From the NCBI GenBank assembly GCA_002104945.1, contig MCFH01000018.1:434001-498000 (forward strand): a stretch of 64,000 bases of DNA, in the 5' to 3' direction. Below are positions 52,889 to 64,000 of this stretch, piece by piece. The notes below the pieces were generated by a model that made no database searches, was not told where the DNA came from, and saw only the letters and a list, made by a program, of their open reading frames with translations. The DNA comes from Piromyces finnis finn (lineage: Eukaryota; Fungi; Neocallimastigomycota). The position numbers and the translations under genes were made by a program. Position 1 is the stretch's first letter; every line of letters starts with the position of its first letter.

Positions 52889-55800
52889 ATGGCAAAGAGT
52901 AACAAGAGTCAAAATGCAACGGGTGCACCATCAAATTATCAAAAGAAAATTGAAGAATTAAAGTTACAATCAAAAGAAAAAGAATTATTTATAAAAAGTT
53001 TAGAAGATGAACTTTTTGAATCTAAAGAAATAATTAATAGTCAAAAAAAGAAAATTGATGAAATTGAAGAAAAATCAAAAAATTACTTTTCTAATGGTAA
53101 CCAAAACATTGACTTTAAAGATCAGTATAACGAAGTAAAGAAAGAAAATGATGAAATGAAAGCAAAGTTAAAAAAATTACAATCTGAAAGAGATATTATG
53201 AAAAGAACAAATGATAAAATTATGAAACAATTAAAGTCTGATCTTAAGGGGGATAAGAATAAAATCCTTGATAAAATTTCAAAAGAAAACCAAGAACTTC
53301 AACTTCAACTTAGTCAATTTGAATCTCAATGCGTTGAAAAAGATACCATGATTAAAAATTTAAATAAAAAAATTAGTCAATATGAAAATGATACAAATTC
53401 AAATAAAAAGGGTAACTCAGGATTATCCAAAAAAGAAAAAGAAGAATATGAAAATAAGATAAGAGTATTGGAAGTTGAATTAGGAAAAGCTGAAGGACAA
53501 CTTGGTTCGTTAGAAGGAACTATTATGATGCATGAAGAAGAAAATATCATGTTAAAGGAAGAAAATGCTTCCATCAAAAAACAAAATGATATTTTAAAAG
53601 CGTCTAAAGAATTAAAAGGAAATATGGGTGCTTTGAAAAAACGTGTTGCAAAGTTGGAACAACAATTAGAACAAGCCAATAAAACAAATCAAGAAGCACA
53701 AAATACCATAAAAATGTTAAAGAAAAAATCATCAGAATCAAATATAAAGGAAAAAACTTCCACCCCAGATAATGAAGAAATTTTAAAATTGAAGGAGAAA
53801 ATTGCTTTATTAGAACTTGATTTGGAAGTTGCAAGCCTTGGTACTAAGGAAAAGAGTGCCTCTATCGAAAAACAAGAAAAAATGTCAAAGGATTATCAAA
53901 AGAAAATAAATGAACTTCAGAAAAAGGTTAACGAAGGAAAATTATTAGAGGATAAATTAATGGAGACTAGCGATAAACTTTTAAAGGCTGAAAATGAATT
54001 GAAAATATTAAAGAGCTCTTCCATCGAAACCAACGAAAGTGCTAAAAAGTACAAAACAGAACAAGAAAATTCCAATAAGGAAATTAAAAAATACAAGGAT
54101 TTAACCAAGAATTTGAACGAAGAATTGGATAAGATAAAGAAAGAATCAACTCATCTCAAGCAACAAATAGCTGAATTAGAAAAAGAAAAATCAGCCTTCA
54201 CTACCAAAATGAAGGATATGAACAATTTAGAGACCGAAAAATCAAATCAAACTAAGGAAATTGAAAAATTAAAGGAAAGAATAAAGCAAAGTAATAAGGA
54301 ATTGGATAAAAAGAAGTCAAAGATAAAGCAATTAGCAAAGGATGTTGAAGATGCCAAGGCTAAAGAAACTCAATTAACCAATGACCTTGATGCACTTAAG
54401 AAGAAAATTGAAGATCATCAAAATGAATCCGAAAATAACAATAAAAAAATGGATGACCTTTCAAAAGAAATAGAGGATGCTAGAGCTCAAATTAGTCAAT
54501 ACGAAAAGGAGCTTAAAGAGGCTCATTTAACAATAAAGTCTTTAGAAAATGAGTTAAAGGAAACCAAAGAAAAGTGGACAGAGTCCATTCAATCAAGAGA
54601 GGCTACCTTAGCAGCAACACATTCTGGTGATCTTGAAAAACTTAGAGAGGAAAATAAAAAGTTGTACGATGATTTGGTAAAGGAACAAGAAACATTAAAG
54701 GAATGCCAAAAAAGAGAACAGGAATTAATTAATGAAACCAAACTTTTCGAAGAAAAATTAATGAAGATTAGTATTGAATTGAACGAAAATTCAATATTAT
54801 CCACAGATTTAGCAGGTCAAGTGGAAAAACTTCAAAAAGAGAATGAACTTTCAAAAAAGAAAATACTTGAGGATGAAAATAGGTTAGTTACTATTCAACA
54901 ACAATTAGATGATGCTGTACGTGAACGTGATGAGAAATTAATTCAATATAGTCAATTGGAAAAACAATTAGAAGAAAATAAGCAATTATTAGATCAGGTT
55001 AAGAAGAGTAATTCTAGTCAAGATCAAAAGGGTGAAGAATTGGTTGAAGAAGTCAGAGATTTAAAGGAAAAAACCAAGGATTACAATAAAAAGGTAGAAG
55101 AACTTGAAAAATTAACCAAGGATTATAATGAAAAGGTGGAAGAACTTGAAAAATTAAGAATATCTCTTAAGGATTATAATACCACCATAGAAGAATTAAG
55201 AACCTTGAAAAAAACTGTATGGGACTATAATGTCAAGACAGAAGAACTTGATAAATTAAAGGTTACCCTTAAAGATTATAATGCCAAGGTTGAAGAATTA
55301 AAGGAATTGAGGGCAACGGTTAAAGACTATGATGCCAAGGTTAAAGAATTAAAGGAATTGAGAGCAACGGTTAAAGACTATGATGCCAAGGTTGAAGAAT
55401 TAGCTAAATTAAAGGAAATGACCAAGGACTACAACGAAAAGATGGAAGCTTTAGACAAATCTTCTTCTTCTGATCAAGAAGAATTAGAAAACCTGAGAGC
55501 TATGAAAGAAAAGTTAGAAAATCAAGTAAAGGAATTTAATGACACCAGTGTCGCTCTAGAAGAGCGTGAAAAGTACATTAAGGAATTAGAAGCAACCATT
55601 AAAAAACTAGAAAATTCAGTAGAGGAAAGATCTAGAGAAATAGAAGAAAATAGTAGCAAAGATAAAGAAATGGAAGAACTTAGAGGAAAGTGTGCTGAAC
55701 TTGAAATCACCACTTTAGAAGATCAATTAAAGATTAAAGAATTAGAAGATAGTCTTCATTTCCAACAAAGTGAATTTGAATCCTTAGAATCTTCCTGGGA

Positions 55801-58800
55801 TGACTTAAAATGCTATGTTAGTGAACTTGAAAAAGAAATTGAAACTTCTCATGCTTCATTGAACGATAAAAAAGAACAATTAGTTGCTTTAGAAAATCAA
55901 GTAGAAATGATGAAAAAGGAACTTGAAAATAATCATTTAGTAAAGGAATCCGTTCAATCACGAGAAATAGATAACCATGATACTATCACCATTACTATGG
56001 CACCAGGAGATATGGATAAGTTACAACCATTTATTCAAAATGTCAAGACCAAGGATAGTTCTATGGATGAAAAGGAGCTTTCTCAGTTAATTCTTTTAGC
56101 CCTTACAAACCAAGAAAATGAAATTCGTCATCTTAAATTGAAATTAGACCAAGAAATTCTTAAATTCAATTCACAAAATAAGCGCAATTCCATTTCTGAA
56201 AGTGACAAGATAAAGAAACTTACACGTGATTCAGAATGTTTAAGAGAACAAAATCTCCAATTAGCAAAGGAGTTAGCCGAAACCAAATCTCAGTATAAGG
56301 CACGTGAAATTGAAGTTGAAAAGGTAACCGATTCATTGTTCAACCAAATTTCAACACTTGAAAATGAATTTGTCAATTTAGAAGAGGATAAGAATTCTAT
56401 TTTGTATGATTTCAAGCAATATAAATACACCGTTCATCAAGAAATGAAACAATTGGTTGAAAAGCATTCTACAGAAGAAGAAAAGAAACAAATAAGGCAA
56501 ATGGAATTAGAAGGTCTTGAAAGAGAACGTGCTCGTTTAGCCAAAGAAGCTAAAGAGGTAGATCAAAAGGATAATGAAATTGTTGGTGATACCTATAAGG
56601 TCTTTATCGACAAATTGGATGAATCCTTAACAAAGAAGAATAAAGAAATTATGGATATGAACATCACCCTAGGTGAGAATAAGAAAGAAATAGATAAATT
56701 TAAAACTAAATTAATGGAATTAGAAAAGGTTCATCATCAACTTCTTCAGCAAGAAGACCATCCTATTACTGATGAAGCAAAGGACTCCACAACTGCTGAT
56801 GATGCCATGATAAAGGAAAAAATGACTCAAATTCAAGAATTAGAAACTTCACTCAATGATGCTTTGGGTAAATTAAAGATTTATGAGGTTAGTCAGGTTT
56901 CCTTAGAGGAACAAAATCTTCAATTGAGCCAGGAATTGCAAAAAGTTAGAGAAGAAGCTAAACAATTAGCTGAAGAAGCCGAAAATGCTAAGCGTAGTAG
57001 TAATGAAGCTGTCAAGGTGATCACTAAAGAAATTATTGCTACTGACCCAGCAACATCTGAAGAAATTTATTCCTATCGTAAAAAGCTTACCGCAGCCAAT
57101 GAAGAAGTTCAAGAGCTTCTTACTACCATTAATGAACAAAAAGAAGTTATTGAAAAGATGACAAGGGAATTAAATGATCTTCGAACCGAACTTGAAAAGA
57201 CCTCCTCCGAAAATTTGAATAATCAAGAAATATTAAAGAATCAAATTATTAGTCTTAATCAAAAGTTAACTGATGCCAAGTTAGAGAACCAAAATCAAAA
57301 GAGAACGATTTCCGAATTAGAACAAGCAGCTGCTAGAATTTCAGCTAATAATATTAATGCTGCAGCAGAAGAACAATTCCCAACAATGGAAGGTCAAAAT
57401 GTTCAACAACTTAAGAATAAGATTGAATTCCTTCAAAATAGAATGGAAGCTCTTCAAAATGAAAGAAAATCGGAAGAAGAAGCCTCCAAGAATAACCTTG
57501 AAACTGCTAAAGCAAGAATTGCTGCAATGGAAAGTTTAATGATTGCCTACAGAAATAAGATTGATGAAAGTAATAAGAAGGCTTTAGCCGCCGAAGCTCA
57601 AATTCAAGAACAAAATCAAGAAATTGATCGTTTATACAATGAAATTGATCTTGCCAATAGTCAATTACAAGAAATTGAAAGACAAGTTGGAAGAGGTATG
57701 CCATCTCATGCTGTAATGCAAAGAATTAGTGGCTATTCTAATGAAGAACAACCACGTTTAATTGATTATTCCAATGAAACCCATGATCCAACTCAACAAT
57801 ACAATCCATCTAATGAAAAAACCTTGATAGGTCACACCAATAGAGAATATTCAAAGTTCTTCAACTCTGAGAATAAGACCGCACCACCAACAAAGAATAG
57901 TATTGATATTATGGATGATAGTGCAAATATTATGATTATGAAAAATAATCAATTAGAAACCGATTCATTAATTCGTGATTGTATGAATATTTTCAGTAGT
58001 TTAGATGATATGAGTTTAAACTTTACTCCTGATTTCATGATAGAAAAAGATGGTGATTTAGAAAATAGTATTCTTAATGGAAGTATTATTATTGATCATC
58101 CAAGTTATGATGGTAAATACGGTGTTATTTCATCCTCAAAGGATCAAATTAAATTAAATGAAGATCAAACCATGACTTCTGTTGAAGCTAAAGAGGATGA
58201 CCAAGGTAACTTTTTTTAAACTATTTTTGAAATTTAAAAAAGAGGAAAAAAAATTTTTTTTTTTTATCAATTTATTAGTATTCTTTTAAAAAAGTAGAGA
58301 AAAAAAAAAAAGGATAAATATATGAAGAGTATAAAAATATGTATATTCCATCGTTTTTTATTAACTTTTTTTTTTTAATATTTGTTCTATTTCCTCTATG
58401 TAGCAGCTACAAGTAACATTCTTAATCCTAGTATTGAAAATGGAGAGAAGCAGGAAGAAGCAACCAGTGAAACTTTAGGAGATAAGAAGGAAGAAATTCA
58501 AGAAGAAAATAGTCAGTCCAATCAATCAACTACTACAAAAAAGACATTGAATGAAAAGGAGGATGAACCTATTACAGAATCCGTTCTACCTTCTTCTGAT
58601 TCTGAAATAGTAGAAGTAGATGAAATTATTCCTATCAATGAAAATAGAAAATCCACCTTACAACCCATTAATGAAAATGAATTATTATTAACTGAAACCA
58701 CCACTATTAAGCAAAGTGATGCTACCAATGCTTCTATTGATCCAAATGGTGAAAGTGTTCATAAACTTCGCAAGAATAGATCCATTATTAGTGTTTTGAA

Positions 58801-58948
58801 GAGAAAAGGAAAAAGATCCCATAAAAAGACAGGTTCCATTGCATCAGAAAATTCATCTATTTTAACGGTTTCCACTATATCTCAAAGTGGCACCATCACT
58901 GGTAAAAAGAAAAAGGCTTCTTCCTTTAGAAGAATGCTTAGATTTTAG
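52889..58948 (+). CDS. Very long coiled-coil protein (~1950 aa), 2 exons (52889-58205, 58404/58407-58948)
   Basis: The E/K/L-rich heptad ORF of 1776 aa has a GT donor at 58206. The in-frame TAGCAG acceptor leads into ORF 58382, which ends in a basic tail (KKKKASSFRRMLRF). No catalytic motif seen. Confidence 0.85.
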
Positions 58949-59255
58949 AATCCTTCCCTCCTTAAAATTCTTACCAAAGCTGATGTAAAATAGGTAGGAA
59001 GGATCGAAACTTTTTGTTAAAAAAACAAAACTATTATTGAAAAGAAGAAAAAGATAACCATGATATAAAATTTGAAAATATTTGAAAATGAACAAAATAC
59101 ACACGCCTACACGCACACACAAAAAGAAATGCAAAATAAAAAACAGAAACAAAAGCAAAAAAAAAAAAAAAAAAAAGAAAAACGAAAAAAAGAAAAAGAT
59201 AGAACAAAAGCAAAAGCAAAACAAAAGCAAAAGCAAAAAAAAAAAAAATTAAAAC

Positions 59256-59460
59256 TTAATGCTTTACATTTCATTCATGGAATTAATTGTTTATCATTAA
59301 TGCTTTACATTTCATTCATGGAATTAATTGTTTATCATTAATACTTTACATTTCATTCATGTAATTAATTGTTTATCATTAATACTTTACATTTCATTCA
59401 TGGAATTAATTGTTTATCATTAATACTTTACATTTCATTCATGGAATTAATTGTTTATCA
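59256..59460. repeat. Minisatellite, 5 x 41 bp
   Basis: The unit ttaat(g/a)ctttacatttcattcatggaattaattgtttatca is repeated head to tail with no spacers. Confidence 0.95.
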
Positions 59461-62310
59461 TTTTATTGATTATCAGTCTCTAAAGGTTTCACCTAGGATA
59501 CCATAGATACCATAGGACAATAGGGAAACCACATGATTATTTTTTTAATTTAAGAAAGAAAATGAAAACATTTAAAAAGCATGATTCTCTTTAGAATGTA
59601 AAAAATGGAATCCAGTAAACTATCTAAAAAAAAAAGAGTTTATCCAAAAGGTCAAAAAAATCAATAATAAAAAAGTCCATTTCATGTAGCGATTGTTAGA
59701 TATTTACTCCAACCATAGATGAATACCATTTTTTTTATTTTTTTTTTAAAAAAATCCAATAAAATCAAACTTAACCCAATCAATTTATCCAAAAAGTCAA
59801 AAAAAAAAAAAAAAAAAAAACAAAAAACAAACACAAAAAAGCGTTCACACACACACACACACACGAAACAGTCAACAAACAACAACAACAAAAAATTAGA
59901 AAAATCCAAGAAAAAGAAGTATATAGATTTTACTTTATATTTTTTTTTTTGAAAGTCATGCATATATTTATGTACATTTAAAAAAAAAATAATTTTTAAA
60001 TTATTTTTTTTGTATTCCTCCTTCCTTCATCTTATTTTTTTGTATTTCAATGTTTGTTTATATTAATTTAATTCACTCCTACGCATCTGTATATCTACGC
60101 AAGCCTAAGCGCAAAATCATTTTTTTTCTTTTTTTTATCCAATTACTCTAAAGCACAAAAACAAAACCAAAAAAAGAAAATCAATAATGATTACATTCTT
60201 TCTCGTTTAGGCCATCAAACACACAAACACAAAAAAAACCCAAACCAAATCATCACAAAAACTTAAGACTATTTAATTATTTTAAAAATACATGCGATCT
60301 ATTATATAATCTATATCTATTTATCTATTTATTATTATTAAAATTTTTTAGTTTTTTTTTTTTTTTTAAAAAAAATAATCTATCAATAACCTTTTTTAAT
60401 TTTAATATGAAACGCTTTTTTTTTTTTTTACATCGTTAATATATTATGATATATTAATTTTTTTTAACCAATTTTTTTAGTAAACAAATTACATTCATTT
60501 TTTTTTCTTAACCTCTTCTCTATAACTGCAAAAAAAAAAAAAAAAAAAAATAAATATAGTTAACACTTGATAATAATAATAAAAAAAGCAATAGTTTATC
60601 TATACTTTTTTATATATTTTATGTAGTCTATTATTATAGAGTTTTTGTTTATTTTTTTTTGTTATTGTTAAAATATCACCTTTTACCCAAATGTATTTTT
60701 TTCTTTTAAACCTTATACAATATATATTATATATATATAAAATAGAAGAAAAAAAAAAAAAAAAAACAAACAAACAAAAAAAAAAAAACAATAGATAAAT
60801 GAATTTTTATTTTTATTTTTTTTAATACCTTTTTCTCTAAGAATATAATATTATAAAGCCTTATTTTAAAAGTTTTTTTTTTTTTTTTTAGGATTTATCA
60901 TTTTCTATATGAGTGTGTGTGTATAATGTGTGTGTATATAAGTAGTTAAAGAAAATGATATCCTCTGTATATTTTTAGTAAAATAAAAAATATATATATA
61001 ACAACAACAACAACAACAAAAAAAAAACACCTCATTTATAGCATTGAATTAAAAAAAAATTACAATCATAAAATTTTTTTTCAAAAGTTGAATAGTAGTA
61101 AGATAAACTAAAACCAAACCAAACCAAAAAAAAAAAAAAAAAAAACATATCAATCCTAGTAAATAAATAATTTTTATAAAAATAAATAAATAAATATAAA
61201 AATAAAAAATTATTTTTAAATTTTATTTATCCTATTTTGATTTTAATGAAATGATAACTTTTTTCACAAAAAAAAAATAGAAAATGAAAAAAAAGCATGA
61301 AATCAAATTTCCATTTTTTTTTTTTTGTTTTCATAATAATAAAATGTATCCTTTTTCAATGGTGGTGTACTGTTATTGTTGTTGTTGAGTCAGCCATAGC
61401 AGAATGTGCCTTTTTTTTCCATTTTCAGCCCAAATTTTATAACAATATTAAATTAATTTTTTTTAATATTTCTTTTTTTGTAAATAGAAAAAGGAAAATT
61501 AATTATTTCAATAATAATAGATAATACTACTTTTTAATTATGGTTATTATTCATCATTATTACTATTATTATTATCATTAATATTTATTAATTATTCTTT
61601 ATAATAAGGCTAATTATATTCTAATTATTATTATTATTATGTTTATTATTATTTAGTATTATCATTCATTCTTTTATTAATAATGTTTATTATTATTATT
61701 CATTCTCATAATAATTGTTTTTATTCTTTTTTTTTTAATTTAAAAATTTAATTAAAATTTATATTAATAAAATTAATGACTCTTAATTTAAAATTTAATA
61801 TATAAAACTGATTGAATCATATATTATTTATATATTAATAATTTAATTTATTATTTTTCTGTTCATTTATTTGTTAATTTTTTTCTTTTGTATCACCTTA
61901 AATCATTATTCATCATTTTTGTTTATATATAATTAAATAAATGAATAATTAATTAATTAAATAAATAATAGGAAATGAACTCCCTTTAAAAGTAAATGAA
62001 TAAAATTAAATATTAAATAAATAATCAAGGATAATTAACTTTATTAATATAAATTTTATATTAAATTTTAATTTTAATTAATTTTTGTTTAAAAAAATTT
62101 TTTTTTTTTGGAAAAAAAAAGCAAGAGCGAATGAATGTTCAAGGATAAAATAAACCAGGAAACTTAAAACGGCAATCCCCAAAAAAAAAAATATAAAGCT
62201 AAAAAAAAACAAAAATTTTTTTAAACTTAAACTAAAAAAAAAAAAGAAATTAAAGAAGAAATAAAAAAAAAAAGAAAACCACAAAAATTAGTGATAAAAC
62301 TTTAAAAAAA

Positions 62311-62341
<31 letters not shown>

Positions 62342-62503
62342 TTTAAATATTTATTATTGAAAATAAACTAATTTTATTTTATTTTATTTATTTATTTTTA
62401 ATTGAAATTGGCATTGAAATTGGTATTATTTTTTTTATTATTGATGTGTCATTTAAAAAAAAAATAAATTGATTCTCCAACAATAGTAAAAATAAAGGTA
62501 AAA

Positions 62504-63272
62504 ATGAAACTTTTTAATCTCTCCGCCCTTGTTGTATTCTTTATTTGTGTTGCTCACACTTTTGCTGCTGGTATTCATTGTGCTGAACATGTAGTTCTTA
62601 AGAAAGGTCAATCTTGCAGTTCACTTACTAAACTTGCCAGAACTAAGGATATTTACTTTATGAATCCTTGTAAATATTTTTAATATATATATTTTTTATT
62701 AACTATTATTATTACTTTAGTATATCTTCAATGCAATGAAATGCTAATTTTTAAAAAATTTCAATTTTATTTTATCATTTTTTTTTCTTTATGGGTTATT
62801 TTTTATTTGAAACAAAACAAAATGAAATGAAAAAAAAAAAGTAATTAATTGTGACAAGGCAATGACCAAGAAAACTACCATTTGTGTTGATCGTGATTCT
62901 TACTATTCTGACGAAGATTTTGATTTTGAATACTACGAAATTAAAAAGGGTGATACTTGTGAAAAACTCGCTATGCAATTCAATACCACTGTTGATGTTT
63001 TAAAGAGATTTAACTATGGTAAGCTTTGTGTTGTAAAAAAAAAAATTTTTAAATAATAAAGAATTTAATAACTTTAACTATTGATTTTTTTTATTAAAAA
63101 AAAAAAACTCATCTCATATAATCATTGACTTTACTATTATAAATATATTTTAGGTGTTCTTGACTGTAACAATATGAAAAAATTAGCTAAATACGGTACC
63201 GAAATTCAATACCGTAGAGATGGTGACTACACTGTTAACTTTGAAAACAGTACTTTAGTTAAAGTCAAGTAA
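62504..63272 (+). CDS. Small secreted cysteine-containing protein with two LysM domains (~153 aa), 3 exons (62504-62670, 62842-63018, 63154-63272)
   Basis: Spliced: signal peptide MKLFNLSALVVFFICVAHTFA; LysM1 HVVLKKGQSCSSLT...IYFMNPLINC; LysM2 YEIKKGDTCEKLAMQFNTTVDVLKRFNYGVLDC. No catalytic domain. The second exon's acceptor is weak. Confidence 0.8.
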
Positions 63273-64000
63273 ATAATGGAAACCAAATTCATTTTTACAA
63301 AAGCCTTCAAATTGAAAAAAAAGGACAATTAAAAGAAAAATCCAAAAACAAATACAATTCTAAAATATAAAAGAAAAAGAAAGTCAAAATTTTAAAAATT
63401 CGACATTTCACACAAACATAAATCAAGGAAACAAATATATATACATAAATATATATATGGATTTGATAAAAAAAAAAAAAAGAGATATATATAAATTATA
63501 TAATATTTTATTATGTAGTATATATAGTATAGTAAAATTAGTTTTTTTTTTTTTATTTTTTTATAAAAAAATAATTAAGGAATTTATAATTATAATCATT
63601 ATAATAATAATAATAATAATAATAGTAAATAATATTGTATATATTTAAAAGGAATTATTCTTTTATAATATGAGAAAAATAGAAGAAAACAAAAACATAA
63701 ACAAAACAAAACAAACAGACAAACAAACAAAAAACATATTTCATTCCCATAATTTCATTTATCAAATTAAAAACATTAATTTCAAAAATCAACTCATTAC
63801 CTTTTTTTTTTTTTAAAATGTAATTAATTTTTAACTATTCATCGTTTTTAATATTATTTTATAATAATATTAAATCAAATAATATATTACTTTTTCAACA
63901 TTTCATGTTATTATAGTTTAGATGTATTTTTTTTTGTTTTGTTTTGTTTTACCTTGTTTTATTTTGTTTTTAAATTTCTTATATTAAGGGTAGAGAGAAT

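Noticed and set aside
59256-59460. Possible CRISPR array
   Set aside because: Repeats are contiguous with no unique spacers, there are no cas genes, and the context is eukaryotic.
58862-63648. Many short K- or F-rich ORFs (e.g. 58862-59236, 59072-59341, 59682-59963, 60600-60791, 62078-62284, 63457-63648)
   Set aside because: Translations of poly-A/T and microsatellite tracts with no coding signal.

Overview
Extremely AT-rich, intron-containing eukaryotic DNA with GT-AG introns, poly-A/T tracts and low gene density. The composition and the flagellum-type TEX47 gene suggest an anaerobic gut fungus (Neocallimastigomycota); this is inference. Genes in order: focadhesin/RST1-like (+), HAC1/XBP1-like bZIP (-), SUMO (+), a signal-peptide multi-TM gene that may be damaged (-), SFT2 (-), a large DH-PH / RanBD-like / FG-repeat gene (+), four near-identical ACC-synthase-like PLP enzymes, a PHO80/PCL-type cyclin (-), a hypothetical RSxS-rich protein (+), a TEX47/BLUF-like gene (+), tRNA-Pro(AGG) (-), a ~1950-aa coiled-coil protein (+) and a small secreted 2xLysM protein (+). 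Two observations stand out. (1) The bZIP mRNA has a textbook 26-nt Ire1 intron, and its unspliced frame stays open, encoding a hydrophobic segment and a C-terminal W-x6-W-K-x-x-M-x-stop peptide with the same spacing as the metazoan XBP1u ribosome-arrest peptide. (2) The four ACS-like genes form a ~13-kb nested palindrome with two alternative promoters/N-termini and a mosaic SNP pattern that suggests ongoing gene conversion. Exon boundaries were read by eye.
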